Made by a program: the position numbers and the translations under genes
The notes under the pieces: model-generated
Database searches by the model: none
Told to the model about the DNA's origin: nothing
Seen by the model: only the letters and a program-made list of their open reading frames with translations
In this document: in pieces, positions 26,280 to 42,370 of the stretch
Layout of the letters: every line of letters begins with the position of its first letter
Position numbering within the stretch: position 1 is the first letter of the stretch
Source of the DNA: Malacoraja senta
Taxonomy: Eukaryota
Length of the DNA: 64,000 bases
NCBI GenBank assembly: GCA_038087875.1
Contig: JAXLNO010004261.1
Span: 1-64,000 of the forward strand
Direction: 5' to 3'

Positions 26280-26900
26280 AATAAAAAACTCAAAAACAAT
26301 AGATAGAGCAAAGAGGAGGATACAGAGTACAGAATATAGTTCTCAGCATTGTAACACATCAGTTCCATCGACAATGTTCAATGTTCAATGAGGTTGAGGT
26401 GAATCGGGCATTAAACCTACATTATGGAAGGACCCTTCCGAAGCCTGTTAACAGGTGGAAAGGGGGTGTTCCTGAGTCTGGCAGTGCTTATTTTCAACTT
26501 TCAGTACCTATTGCCTGATGGGAGCAGGAAGGAGGAATGTGAGAAAGGTGTGATAAGTCTCGTTTTCCAAGGCAACCTGGTGTAGATTGGGTCAATAGTG
26601 GGAAGTCTGGGCTGTGTGATGATCTTTAACTCTTTGTATATTCTTGCAGTCTTGGGCAGTGCAGTTCCCAAATCAAGATGTGATGCAACCCAACAAAATG
26701 CTTTCTCTAGCAGCATCTATAGATGTTTGCTGGAGTCACCAGAGACATGATGAATATTCTCAGTCTCCTGAGGAAGTAGAGGTGTTGGTGTGCCTCCTTG
26801 GCTATGTGGCCAGTCCATGACAGAATATTGGATAAATTCATGCCAAGGAACACGAAGCTCTCAATCATTTCCACTTCAGACTATTGATTCAGATTGGGGC
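26280..26900 (-). mobile_element. Rex1/Babar-type LINE 3' fragment, degraded
   Basis: Reverse complement resembles the LLPSG.RY and QRLY.LR.LR segments of the other Rex1 copies. Confidence 0.7.
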
Positions 26901-27178
26901 ATGTACTCCCCCAGTGCCTTGCTGTTCATCACATCATGAGGAAAGATTCATTTTTTATTTAAACATACCTTTCATGGATATCAGTTCCACCACTGAGAAT
27001 CCCAAATACTCCTTCCTTGTATATTAGTTATTTATTTACTTACTTTTAATAAATTTTCTGTTGACAAAGTCTTCTGCTCATGTGGAGAGTGGGTGCTGAT
27101 TACGTGATTACTTAGAGCAACACCACTAAACAAAGAAAGTTTAAGCATCTTGGAATATGGGATGTACTACATGGGATG

Positions 27179-28222
27179 TAGCAATGTCACAAAATTTTGA
27201 GATTTTAAAAATCAAGTCTGCAATTTATCCCATCAGATAAAGCATAAAAAGAAGTTTAATTTGACACCTAATTCACTTTCATATCTTCTGTATTAAAAAA
27301 GTTTGGCAATTTTCATACTCGGAAATTAGCATCTTGTTCCCTATTGCTTTTCCATTGACTTAACACAAAAGCTGTGATCAAGGACAGTCAAAAGCCCATA
27401 ACTTTCTTAAAAATTAAGAGAACTTAATGAAATTTTCAGTTATTATAGATTGAAGCATTCTGAAACAAATATGAAACAATCTTACTTGGATGACCTGAAA
27501 TTAAAGCATATAATTAGTTAGTTACCTAATTGTAGCTAATTACAAAATTCAATTACTAGATCTAAATATCTATCCATTTCTTAAGAAAAAGTTAACATTT
27601 TTAAAAAGCCTAAGTGTCCAAATAACATTCACACAAGAATTCACAATAAAACATTATTTTTAAATCTCATTGTCATTAATTTATAGGCCAAATGGAAGGA
27701 ATTTAGTGTTTAATTCCTGTAAATTAATGGCCATTTAAATCATCTTGCAAGTGGGTTTTTGTGGAACGCGCTGGTTTGGAATGTTGCGGTTGCACTGAAT
27801 TAAACCCCAATATCGGCAGAAAAAATACAGCCGGTTGGTATATTTAAACAATCACATTTTCGCAACTTGAAATTTTTATTAAAGGCATCCTAAGAAGCAA
27901 GTTTATATGAAAAAATAAATGGTGTACCTTGCCTTGTCCCGTGCGTGGAATCCGTCCCCGTTGTCGGCGTTTACGGCATTTGAAGATGATTTTAATTTTA
28001 CTCCAACAATTAAATTATAAAGCGCTAATATTAATAAACTTAATAAAACGGCAGTCGAAGCGATTTTTCTTCATCAACTATTTAGCCTGTTCAAGATCAT
28101 TTAGAACAGGCTGCCGAAATATCGCATTTTAAACCCGCCCCCCTCTCAAAGGCGCCAAAGTTGCGCACACGGGCAGTGACAGAACTGCAGCGCCGCTGAA
28201 GGTAAGTTTTGTAACATACCTA
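27179..28222. mobile_element. Non-autonomous 1,044-bp DNA transposon with TIRs (copy 1)
   Basis: Termini TAGCAATGTCACAAAA...TTTTGTAACATACCTA; near-identical inverted copy at 59096-60140; no ORF. Confidence 0.85.
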
Positions 28223-28297
28223 GATGTAGTCACAATGATTAAAATGGAAACAACAGAAGATAATGATTATCTATGAAAGAATATTTAACGTTCTTAC

Positions 28298-28564
28298 CCC
28301 AGATGATGGTCTTCCCACCGGGCAGGCTGCTGTGATCGACATGACAGGAATACTGTTTCCCATCATACGGATCATACTCAAGGACAGACCTTAGATGATA
28401 TGTTCCATCGTTGTTGGGTATGACCCCAGAAGATTTGGTCTCAGAGACATGTTGACCATTCTGCAACCAGCTGACTTTGATGGCCGGTGGGTAAAATCCA
28501 AACACAGTGCAGTACAGGACTGAATGATCATCAGGGCGGGCAGCGAGAGTGACCTCAGGGGAAA
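28298..28564 (-). CDS. MHC class I-like heavy chain, alpha3 Ig-C1 exon (VSPEV...LYCTVFGFYPPAIKVSW...PNNDGTY...YSCHVDHSSL...IIW)
   Basis: C1-set motifs C-x3-GFYP, W, PNxDGTY and YSCHVxHSSL. Acceptor tcttgtag|TT and donor TGG G|gtaaga; 267 nt, phase 1/1. Confidence 0.95.
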
Positions 28565-29824
28565 CTACAAGACAGTAAGATGGTTATTTTCACCTTCAGT
28601 AAAACGGGCAGTCACCCATCACAAAATATTCTTCAGTCTACTACAACCACCAAGTTACTGTCCGCATCTGGCCCATTTTGCCTCTTTCGTCACCATCAAC
28701 CAAACACGTGGTTTAAAAGGGATCGTACCCTCCCTGTTAAGACAGTACACAAGAAAGTTTGGAAGTACGTACCATTAAATTCAGGAACAGCTTCTTCCCT
28801 GCTGTTATTGGACTACTGAATGATTCTCATGTAAGATAAGATGTTGCCCTGATCTTCCAACCAATCTCATTGTGATCCTTGCTACTCTTTTTGATCTGCA
28901 CTTTCTCTGTAACTGTAATGCTATGATATTGTAAACCGATATTATGCACTCTGAATATTTTACTCTTTGCACTGATCTACTTGTGGATGGCTTGATTGCA
29001 CATATGTAGTATGATATGATTGGATAACACACAGACAAACTTTTGACTATATCTCAGTTCACGTGACAATAATAAACTAATACCAACAGCAAATCTTTTC
29101 ACTAGGGCACATTATTGACAATAATAAATAATTGACAAGTTACGAAATGAGGGCCAATTGGGGAGGGGACAAGCTTAAAATTGGCAGTATTTTCACTCCT
29201 CTTCAATAAGAGATAAAAGAGACCAGTCATTTGTTTACAAAATCTCTTTTTGCAGAGTGTGGTCATTCTCTGGCGCCAGAGATTTGTGAAGACAAAATCA
29301 TTGGAAGCATTTAATATGGCGGTAGTTAAACTTTTGAAAGATTGGAGAATTGAGTGCAATGAGGAACTGGCACCGAACAGGAGTTGATGCCTGAGGAACG
29401 TCAGCCATGGTCATATTGAATGGTGGGCAGGTTGGAGGACCAAATGGCTTACTTGATAACTGAGGAGAAAATCAGGCTTCTGAATGATCGTTCCATAAGC
29501 TAGGGTACTGTCCAATTGACCACTACCCCATTACAGACAGTGGACTTTGTTTATGGAACTATGCAGGAAGGAACTGTAGATGCTGGTATAAACCGCAGAT
29601 AGACACAAAATGCTAGAGTAACTCAACGGGTCAGGCAGCATCTCTGGAGAGAAGGAATGTGTCATGTTTTGTGTCGAAACCCTTATCTAATGGAACTGGT
29701 GTGCTACATTGCTGAGAACTATATGCCACACTCTGTACCTTCCCCTTTGCTCTACCTACAGTACTTGAGTTGACTTGATCATATATATGTATGTTGTTAT
29801 CTCATCCAATTGGATAGCATGCAA

Positions 29825-30105
29825 CTACCTGGAAAGTTGCTGCCTTACAGTACCACAGACCAAAGTTCAATCCTGACAATGGGTGCTGTCTATATAGAGT
29901 TCATATATTCTCTCTGTGACCATGTAAGTTATCTCCGGGTGCTACAGTTCCGTCACATTCAAAGACGTGCAGGTTTGTAAGTTTTTTGGCTTCTGTAAAT
30001 TGTCCCTAGTGTGTAGGATAGAACTAATATTTGGGTGGTCGTTAGTCAGCACAGGTTCAGTGGGCCAAAAGGCCTATTTCAATGCTGTACCTCGAAACTA
30101 AACAT
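29825..30105 (+). mobile_element. V-SINE (HE1-like)
   Basis: gttgctgccttacag...gggtgctgtcta...gtgggccaaaaggcct...aaactaaac. Confidence 0.8.
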
Positions 30106-31199
30106 GACAATAATAAACCGAAACTTATCCCTGTGCCTATCTGTAGATTAGTGTCACTCATACTGTGGCTCCGCCTACAGGCTTATTAGACAGCTCTCTC
30201 TCTCTCTGGTAGACTGGTAGTAAGCATGCTGAGAAGAAAGCGCCTTGTGTTTCCTCTGCAAAGTTACTAATAACCACTATGTGTGAGTTTGATCATTCTT
30301 CCAACACTATCTCTTGTGTTGTTACGTCTCTGGAACTAAGTGGTAGCTGCGCTTAACTTTGTTGTAGCATAACTGTTTATGCTGAACAATTCATGAAAAA
30401 AGTCTAAAAAGGATAAAAAAACAAGTGATTCCAGCATGTTGAAAGATAATTGGGACTGATTCGTAATGGGTGGCACTGCGACACAGTTCCAGTGACGAGG
30501 GTTTGGTCACAATCTTGAAACAGAAAAACTTAAACTGAGGCAGGCGCCTCAACTTCATCAATCCAGTGCTGTTATGACACTGGGCCTTAACATGAGAAAA
30601 TTAGAAATTGGGTATTTCCTCAGGGCAAAATCAGACTTCTCAGAGATTTGAAAGCTGCAAGATAGTACTGGAATGTGGTGGATCTCTGCGTGCTGTTCCA
30701 GAAGAGGACGAATTGTACTTATGTACAGTATGACTTGACTGGAGAGAATGCAGAACAACCATTTCACTGCAGATAGACACAAAAAGCTGGAGTAACTCAG
30801 CGGGACAGGCAGCATCTCTGGAGAGAAGGGACGGGGTGTCCAGCATCTGCTGTTCCATCCAAACCATTTCACTGCATCTCTGCATGCATGAAACTAAACA
30901 GAGTTATATAAAATGCAGCACATACTGCAGTACTCAAGTAGGTCAGGCTGTCCTGATTTTGCAGGTGGATAACTTTACTGTAATTTAAAAACACACAAAA
31001 ACGTGCAGGTGTAACTCAGTGGTTCAGGCAGCATCGGGAAGACATGGTTACGTAATCTTTCAGCTTGGGATCCTGCTTCATACTTCTTGCATCTGTTCTT
31101 TCTGTCTTCAACTTAACAGTTGAAATGACCAGTTCTTTTATCGACAGGGAATGCAACTTGTTGAATGTGGAATTGAGTTTGAAAGGCTGCAACATGTCC

Positions 31200-31720
31200 A
31201 GACAGAAGCTGAGTTGTTGGTCCTCAAGGTTACTTTCACCCTTGTTATCCTAGTGTAAGAGAAACAGATGGATGGATCATGGTGGGTGTTGAATGGAGAA
31301 TTAGAGTGGCAGGAATTAGGAATCTTAGAAAGTCCCATGGATTGAATGCGGGTTCTCCAGAAAGCAGCCATTCTATTTGTTTCATTGATGCAATGTGGAA
31401 GATTACGTCATGAAAACCAAATGCAGTAGATTTGACTGGAAGTCCAAGTGTTTCATGCTGTTTCACTTTGAAGAACTGCCTGGGTCTATGGAAAGTGGTA
31501 AATGGATAGATGTTGCTTGCACCAAGACAGGAAAGTAGAGGAAAGTTGTGGGGATAGTAGACAGACCAGGGAGCGAAAAAGGGAATGACTACTTCAAAAT
31601 ATAGAATGGGGAGCAGGGCAGGAGCGGAGGGAGAAATGGATTGACTAATTGAATCAGATTTAAACTGGGAGGAAGTATTCAACATGGAGGCTGGAGGAGT
31701 GGAAAACATATCCCTGCCGT
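31200..31720 (-). mobile_element. Degraded Penelope-like fragment
   Basis: Weak similarity to the Penelope pieces at 36.6-37.2 and 62 kb. Confidence 0.5.
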
Positions 31721-31819
31721 GTCCAATGAGAATATATAGAACATAGAACAGTACAAGAACAGGACTTTCAGCCTGCAATATCCATGTGGAACAGGATACC
31801 AAGTTAAACTGAGGCAACA

Positions 31820-32105
31820 CAGAGGCACAGTGATAGAGTGGCTGTCTTACAGCATTAGACCCGGGTTCAATCCTGACTAGAGTGCTGTCTGGACGGAGTT
31901 TGTACGTTCTCTCTATCACCCTGTGGGTTTTCTCTGGGGGCTCCGGTTTCCTCCCAAATACAAAAGACATGCAGGTTAATTGGCTTCTGTAAATTGTCCC
32001 TAGCTTGTAGGACAGAAATAGTGAATGGGCAATTGCTGGTCAGTGCAGACTCAGTGGCCCAAAGGTGCTGTTTCCATACTCTATCTCTAAACTAAACCAA
32101 AACTA
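31820..32105 (+). mobile_element. V-SINE (HE1-like)
   Basis: gacccgggttcaatcctgac...ggtttcctccc...ctctaaactaaac. Confidence 0.85.
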
Positions 32106-32399
32106 ATCTCCACTGCCTGCATGTGATCCATATCCTTGTATTCCCTGCATACCCACGAGCCTGTCCAAAAATTTCTTAAGCACCATTATCATGTCCTCCT
32201 GTACCACCACTCCTGGTAGCGCATTCTAGGTATCAAGCTCTCTCTGTGCAAAAAAACACTTGACCTGCACATCTCGTGTAAATTTTGCCTTTCGAAGCTT
32301 AACGCTGTGCTCTTTTGAGATGTGTGATAGACATGCAATCCCATTAGGGGCTGTCAACTGTGGTCAAGAAAATCCATGGTTAACTAATATGAAAGACAT

Positions 32400-34715
32400 C
32401 AATTGAATCATACAAAATAGTGAAAGACTGTTTGCCTTTTGATATTGGTTCAATTATATTTGCTCCCACAAAATTGCATTAAAAAACCTATAGTGAAAAT
32501 TCTATAATATATAGTGGTATACGAATTTGGAAACAATTAAAAAAGACTTTAAAATTGGATAATTGTCACTGTCTCCCCATTATAAACAACCCTTTATTCA
32601 AACCTTCCATCTTGGATAAAGGCTTTACACAATGGAAAAATTATGGAATTAAAAAGATGGGACATCTTTCTAGGAAATGCACTTTTCTTTCATTTCAGGA
32701 GTTACAACAGATTTATGGACCACACTCAAATAACTTTTTCAGATATTTACAACTTAAAGATTACATTAAATCAAATACACAAGATTACAGAACTAGGGAA
32801 CCAGAAATCCTTGATGAATGTTTGAATAAACATCCTAATACAGAAAAATTAATATCTCATATTTATAATACCCTCTTAGATAGTGAGGTCCCGCTGACGG
32901 ATTTATATGGGAAAATGAATTAGGCCAACCCATAACGAAAGATATTTGGGACTAAAGTCTACAATATATACATCAATGCTCGTTAAATGCCAGACATGCC
33001 TTAATACAATTTAAAGTATTACATAGATTACATTATTCTTAAACAAAATTAAATAGAATCTTCCCACATATCTCTCCTATTTGTGATAAATGCCAGCATT
33101 TAGAGGCTAACTTAACTCATACCTTTGTAAATTGTATAAAAATCAAAAATTTCTGGAAGGACATTTTCCGAATAATTTATGAAGTAGTCAATAATAATAA
33201 TAATAATAATACATTTTATTTATGGGCGCCTTTCAAGAGTCTCAAGGACACCTTACAGTATTTAACAAGTAAAATAAAATAAATAGTAAAGACATCACCA
33301 ATAGACAAATTAAAGACAGAATTCAATCCAAAAACAAAAAAATCAGAAACACAATGTGACGAGAGAGCAGCGGCAGCTAAACCGCGCCAGCGTCCACTCT
33401 CCCTTCCAGCAGCCATCTTGGACACACACTAAAATAATCACTAACACACAGAAATCATCCCCCCACTGGATGGTTACCACTGTGGGGGAAGGCACAATGT
33501 CCAGTCCCCATCCCCAGTTCTCCCAAAAGTCAGGCCTATTGAGGCCTCAGCTATTGCCTCTACGGAGGCCCGATGTTCCTGGCCGTTCTCGCCGGGTGCT
33601 GTTGCCCTGGCGTCCGGAGAGTCCTCTCAGCGGCTGGGCCACCTGGAACGGCCGCTTCCCTACCGAAGTCCGCGGCTTCCGAAGCCGACAAGGCCGCGCC
33701 GGTTTGGAGCTCTCAGACTCCCGATGTTGAAGTCGGCACCGCCCGCTCCGCAGACCCGCAGCCCGGAGGTGTTGACCTCGGCAGTCACAGCTCACCGGAG
33801 CTCCAGCGCGTCGATCCAGCGTGGCGAACCAGGCAAGGCATCGCCCGCTCCAGCGCTATGCCGCCACCGAAGCCGAGGTGCTGGGCGGTCCCCTCCAGGA
33901 AAATGGCGCTCCACGCCCGCTGGTAGGCCACGAGGACGGGTCGACGGGGCAGCCTGGAGAAAAAGCTGCCTCACCGACCAGGTAGGGACCTAGAAATATA
34001 GTTACCCCCTTCCCCCTACATTAAAAAGTCTATTTCTCCCATAAACAGAACACAGGACTCACTAGAACTACAAAAAAAAGTGAATTAAACGGACAGCTGC
34101 TGACCTAACAGCCGTTCCACAAGATGGCCCCTCCCCTTCTGGATCCCGACTCAAAACTAATAATATTAGGATTATCAGAACAAAGCCTAAGACTTATAAT
34201 AAACCAAAGAAACTTTCTTGATTATAGTATAATAATTGGGAAAAAATTAATATTAACATTTTGGAAAGGTCCTATAAACCCCACAATTAAAATGTGGATT
34301 ATGGAAATATCAGAGACCTTACATTTGGAAAGAACTAGACTTGTCTTAATTGACAAACATGAATTATTTAATAGAATATGGTCTCCATTTATTGATTTTT
34401 TGAAAGGGTAAAATTGGTTCAGCATGGGAATCTGACTGAAATCCAAGCTTTATAACCTACGGACCTATCTCCAAAGTTGTATTATTGGTAAATTATTCCA
34501 TTCTTCTTTATCATGCCTTTTTTAAAAATTTCTCACTTTCTATCTATAAAAAAATAAAAAAAATAAATAGAAGCAGATTTAATATACAATTGATAAATGA
34601 GGACCACTATTATTTTGATAGCTGGACTCCCACCTATTAGCAAAGTAGGATTGATATATAAGAAATGTTTGTATTATGATATGCACATGCTTCTAATAAC
34701 AATATATTTTTTTAA
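32400..34715 (+). mobile_element. L1 3' fragment interrupted by the 33200-34130 insertion
   Basis: LPIINNPLFKP...WKNYGI, CDKCQHLEANL and DPDSKLIILG...KKLIL.FWK frames continue across the insertion. Confidence 0.88.
33200..34130 (-). mobile_element. GC-rich non-autonomous retroelement with an L2-like tail and (TAT)n end
   Basis: Head ggggccatcttgtggaacggc; tail tgtaaggtgtccttgag...gaaaggcgcccataaataaaatg(tat)n; no RT ORF. Confidence 0.65.
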
Positions 34716-34719
34716 ACAA

Positions 34720-35070
34720 ATAGTGAAAGGCTTGGATAGATGTGGATGTGGAGAGGATGTCTCCAATGGTGAAAGAGTCTACGACGAGAGGTCATAGTCT
34801 CAATATTAAAGGACATTCCTTTAGGAAAGAGATGAGGAGGAATTTATTTTGTCAGAGGGTGGTGATTCTGTGGAATTATTTGCCACAGAAGGCTGTGGAG
34901 TCCGTCAATGGATATTTTTAATTCTTGATTAGTATGCACGTCAGGGGTTATGGGGAGAAGGCAGGAGAATGGGGTTAGGAGGGAGAGATAGATCAGCCAT
35001 GATTGATGGCGAAGTCGACTTGATGGGCCGAATGTTCTAATGCTGCAGCCATCACTTATGACCTTATGAC
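34720..35070 (+). mobile_element. CR1 3' fragment
   Basis: FRKEMRRNLFCQRVVILWNYLPQKAVE remnant and tail. Confidence 0.85.
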
Positions 35071-35357
35071 TCAGTTGGCTTCCTCCATGTGCTCCAGTTT
35101 TGTCCCATATACCAAAGACGTGCCGGTGAGTTAGTTGGACATTGCAAATTATCCGTCGAGGAGCTGAATGCAAGGAGAATCCGAGGGAGCTGAGTGCAAG
35201 TTGTGAGAGAGAGCTGTGGAACAGTTTGTCGACATTGCATAGAAAACTAGCATAGAATCAATGGGCCGAATGACCTTTCCCTCTGTCATGATTGGGTCAG
35301 AGATAATATTACTCATTGCCTACCATCACAAAACAACATCCTTTGTTCTGAACTCAC

Positions 35358-35633
35358 CTTTTCTGGTCAGGTATGTCTTTCCAATTGCATAGTATGTAAG
35401 CCATAGATCCACACAGTCATGTTCTAACAAGCTCTTGAAATAACGGTTCATTTTTTCATTCTTGTCCCATTTCTCTTTGAAGGGCTCAGCTATTGGATCA
35501 TGCACCGTCCACTTTAGTTTGTCCTTATCAAAACTAAATGCATATCTTCCATCAAAAGCCAACTTCAATATCCCTACAGTGGGACTGTGATCGTCCACCT
35601 CACAACCAAACTGTCCTTGAACGTAGTGATAAT
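35358..35633 (-). CDS. MHC class I-like heavy chain, alpha2 exon (YHYVQGQFGCEV...AFDG...KEKW...LEHDCVDLWLTYY...LTRK)
   Basis: Canonical alpha2 Cys pair and H-x-x-Q, A-F-D-G and K-W motifs. Acceptor atttcag|AT and donor AAA G|gtgagt; 276 nt, phase 1/1. Confidence 0.95.
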
Positions 35634-35799
35634 CTGAAATAAAAATGAAAATCATTATTTGATTAATTGTTATGACTGGGTAATTTCTGAACACCAGGGT
35701 CCAAGTCATTTATATATGTCACAAGTAGCAAGGGTCACAGCACGGATCCCTGCAGAACTCTACTTGTCAGTGAACTACAGCCTGAATATTTGTCCTTCC

Positions 35800-36250
35800 G
35801 TACAACTGTAGAGACCATATTATTGTACGGGTGTGAGGCATGGACTCTCACTCCAGCACTGTCCTAGACTCTCGATGGTACCTACACCCGAATGCTCGGA
35901 AAAGTTCAAAATGTCAGATGGAGGGACCACATCACCAACGCCCAGCTCTATGGGGAGAATCCACCTCTGACCGAGAAGATCACGTTGAGAAGGATGAGGC
36001 TCGCAGGTCTCTGGCTCCGCCACCCAGAAATGCCAGCAAACAAGGTTGTGCTGTGGGAACCCACCCATGGAAGACTTGACCCAGGATGGCCAATCAAGAC
36101 GATGGTGAAGACGTTGATGGAAGACGCATGTGTAGAGATAAACGAGGCGCCTGCCAGCTGCATGGAGGACAGAGATGTGTGGTGCGTCCGTCACCGTGCC
36201 CATCGGAAACCAGCACGGCACTAATGTTTTCAACGCTTATTATTATCATC
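35800..36250 (+). mobile_element. RTE-clade LINE 3' fragment
   Basis: ETILLYGCEAWTL...RML...W.DHITN..LY...RRMRLAG..LRH; (tat) tail. Confidence 0.85.
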
Positions 36251-36359
36251 CACTACACCCCTCTGTCCTGGGGATTTATCCACATTTCTCTTCAAGTGAT
36301 CCAACATCTCCTTCTTGCTTAACTTCAAAGTGTCCCTGCATGTTAGCATTCTCCACATT

Positions 36360-37235
36360 GATTCTCCATGTGTAAGAAAGAACTGCAGATGCTGCAGATG
36401 TTAAAATCGAAGAGAGACACAAAATGCTGGCGTAACTCAGCGGGTCAGGCAGCTTCCCTGGAGAGCTGGAATGGGCATTGTTTTGGGTCGAGACCCTTCT
36501 TCAGACTGATGTCAGGGGAGGGACAAAGATAGAATGTCGGCGGAGACAGTAATACTGGTGGCAGAATTGGGAAGGGGGAGGGGATGGAGAGAGAAATCAA
36601 GGGCTATCGAAAGTATTAGAAGTCAATGCTCATACCGCTGGAATATAGACTATCCAAGCGAAATATGAGGTGCTGTTCCTCCAATTTGGGCTGGGCCTCA
36701 CTCTGACAATGGAGGAGGCCCAGGACAGAAAGGTCAGATTGGGAATGGGAGGGGGAGTTGAAGTGCTGAGCCACCGGGAGATCGGGTAGGGTAAGACGGA
36801 CTGAGCGGAAGTGTTCAGCAAAACGATCGCCGCGCCTGCGCTTGGTCTCACATGATGTAGAGAAGTTGACAACTGAAACAGCGGATACAGTAGATGAGGT
36901 TGGAAGAGGTGCAAGTGAACTTCTGCCTCACCTGGAAAGACTTTAGGTCCTTGGACGGAGTCGAGGGGGGACGTAAAGGGACAGGTGTTGCATCTCCTGC
37001 GGTTGCAGGGGAAAGTATCCGGGGAGCGGGTGGTTTGGGTGTGAAGGGACGAGTTGACCAGGGAGTTTCGGAGGGAAAGGTCTCTGCGGAAAGCAGAAAG
37101 GGGTGGAGATGGGAAGATGTGACCAGTAGAGGGATCCAGTTGGAGGTGGCAGAAATGTTGGAGGATTTTATGATGTACTTACTATTAATGGTCCTTACTA
37201 TTCTACATGTCTTCCTTGGTGAAACCAAACCTCGC
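36360..37235 (-). mobile_element. Penelope-like element 3' part (GIY-YIG region plus tail)
   Basis: FQVRQKFTCTSSNLIYCIRC and EQHLIFRL..L...GM.IDF remnants; hammerhead-like tail. Confidence 0.85.
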
Positions 37236-37289
37236 CTATATCCACAAACTCCAAGCACATATTCCCTTCTATATCCTTAAGCAATCCAC

Positions 37290-37650
37290 CTTTTGCTGCA
37301 ATGGTTGCCTCGCCAACGGTATGTCTGTCCCTTCCTTCTTTGTGTCCGTTTTGTACGTGTTAAATGTATATTCTTTAGTGTTCTTAAGCTTGTTTTTTGG
37401 GCGGGGGGGTGTTGGGGGAGTTGTGGGTAACTTTTCCTAATCTCTTACCTCGACGTTGATGCGATATTTTCTGTATCGTATCTCCGTCCACAATGCGGCC
37501 TAACATTGAGGAATGGCGGCCTTTGCTAGAGATCGACCGGGAGATCCATCGCAGGAGCCTGTGAACTTACCATCATGGAGCTCGCAATCCTTGTCAGGGA
37601 TCGACTTTAGGGCTCCAACTGTGAGAGCCTGCAAGACTTTAACATCGCGG
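37290..37650 (+). mobile_element. GC-rich non-autonomous element (head related to 33200 and 38862 elements), truncated
   Basis: T-tract, G-tract, then ggcctaac...ggcggcct core. Confidence 0.5.
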
Positions 37651-37654
37651 CCAA

Positions 37655-40060
<2,406 letters not shown>

Positions 40061-40559
40061 AATGCTTGTGAAGCCCAACTTGGGAAATGCCTCACGATAC
40101 ATGCGCATCTTGGAAGACATGGTTCACAACACACACTGTTTGTGCGTGTATACGCAGGGCCTCAGAGGAATTTTATCAGTGGGTACAAAGTATCTATTGG
40201 GCCCCCTTCCCTTCTCCAATAGTCATCCTGTTTTTATCCACTATGCTACAGTTTTATGCCATGAGCTGTAGCCTGCACGGCAAAAAGGGGTATGGAAGTT
40301 GAGAGAGGGGTGGAATGGGGCGCTCTGTTCATTTTCTGCATTTGAGGCCTTATGCCCCTATACTCCCGCCATGATAAATATAAATAAGTATAAATAAAAT
40401 AAAAGGATCAGAAAGCACATTTGTTTTCCTTCACTCTATAGATGCTGCCTCACCCGTTGAGTTTCTCCAGCATTTTATCTACCTTTGTTTTGAACATCTT
40501 TGTTTATACTACAATACAGATAAGGAGAAAGAATTCACATTGAAACATCCTTTAATATT

Positions 40560-40940
40560 TAACCGCAGAACTGCTGGCCTGTGGCCTATAACATCCTGAA
40601 GCTGCGGTCTCCAGTAGGAAAGTGCCGAGTCGGGACCTCCAAGCCGCACAGAGTGTGTTTGTCCGTCCCAACATCAGTTTGGATCATCCCATCGAGAGGG
40701 CCTTGTACATCGGGCCGTCCCTAGTTGCGACTGCGGAGGGGTTATGGCCCCGAACACGGGTGAACAAAGGAGGAGGACTGGCTGAAACGTGTTGCCTTCC
40801 ACCACAGTGAAAAATGCTGTAGTGGATGTTTGTGTTCAATTTTATTGTGTATTGTGTGTTCTTTTTACGTGTATCACTGCTGGCAAATTCACTGCACTGC
40901 ACCTTCGGGTGTATGTGATGAATAAAACTGACTTTGAATA
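40560..40940 (+). mobile_element. Related GC-rich element fragment with a Rex1-type tail
   Basis: ggcctgtggcctataacatc core; aaattcactgca...gtgatgaataaaac tail. Confidence 0.5.
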
Positions 40941-41569
40941 CTTAGCCTGGCCAAATCCACAAGACGTTCATGAGACATTGTCGACCTTAAATAATTCTTA
41001 ATCAGCTTGAGTTTGCTAAATGACCTCTGCAGAAGCTACTGTTGCTGGAATTGTTAATGGTATTCTGAAGCCAACACAAACATTTGGAAACAGGTTACCA
41101 AGTCAATAGTCTATTAACAAGTTCAACAGATCTAATGGTTTTAACTTCATTTATAGAATTCACCCTCCCACTAACACACACATACACTCAGACACACACT
41201 CACTCACCTACTCACATACACCCACACACACCCACACACATCCACACACACACACACACCCTCACTCACACCCACCCATCCACATACTGATCCAAACCCA
41301 GGTCCGGACCACTGAAACAGCCGCAGCTGTCGACTCTCACCACCTCCTCGGGCAGGGCCACCGCAGCCACTGTCGCCGACCTTCACTGTCTTCAGAAAGC
41401 CACCGATGCTGCTGCCCATATCTCTACTCCAGCTCCCCACCAGCAACTCTGCCGACCCTCGCCTCTCCAGCGGCCACCAGCGGGCCAGAGCCGTCACCTC
41501 ACCAGAGTTCCCGGCATAGCACCAGGCCCACAACCTAAACCATGCAGACAGCACATGGTCTGATTGCTG

Positions 41570-42370
41570 GCTCCTAGTGCTCCCCCCTCCTACATGGAAG
41601 ACCCTTCAGTAGTGATGACTCTGCTGGGTTCTAGTGCTCTCCCCCTCCTCCAACAAGGAAGATCCATCAGTAGTGATGACTCTGTGGGGTCCTCATGCTC
41701 TCCCCCTCCTTCTCCTACAGGGAAGACCCATCAGTAGTGATGACTCTGTTGGGTCCTCATGCTCTCCCCCTCCTCCTCCTGCAGGGAAGACCCATCAGTA
41801 GTGATGACTCTGTTGGGTCCTAATGCTACAACCCCCCCCCCCCCTCTTGCAGGGAAGATCCATCAGTGGTGATGACTCTGCTGGGTTCTAGTGCTCCCCC
41901 CTCCTACAGGGAAGACCCATCAGTAGTGATGACTCTGTTGGGTCCTAATGCTGCACCCCCCCCTCCTACAGGGAAGACCCATCAGTAGTGATGACTCTGT
42001 GGGGTCCTCATGCTCTCCCCCTCCTTCTACTGCAGGGAAGACCCATCAGTAGTGATGACTCTGTTGGGTCCTAATGCTACAACCCCCCCCCCCTCTTGCA
42101 GGGAAGATCCATCAGTAGTGATGACTCTGCTGGGTTCTAGTGCTCCCCCCTCCTACAGGGAAGACCCATCAGTAGTGATGACTCTGTTGGGTCCTAATGC
42201 TGCACCCCCCCTCCTCCTACAGGGAAGACCCATCAGTAGTGATGACTCTGTGGGGTCCTCATGTTCTCCCTCCTCCTACAGGGAAGATCCATCAGTAGTG
42301 ATGACTGTTGGGTCCTAATGCTGCACCCCCCCCCCCCTCCTGCAGGGAAGATCCATCAGTCGTGATGGGT
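41570..42370. repeat. Minisatellite of about 13 x ~60-bp units with higher-order ABCD-ABCD structure
   Basis: Core ccatcagtagtgatgactctg...gggt...atgct(c)n tcctacagggaaga repeated; the core occurs 13 times. Confidence 0.92.

Noticed and set aside
41570-42370. CRISPR-like repeat/spacer appearance
   Set aside because: The intervening segments are homologous variants of one unit with poly-C slippage rather than unique spacers. The context is eukaryotic and there are no cas genes.
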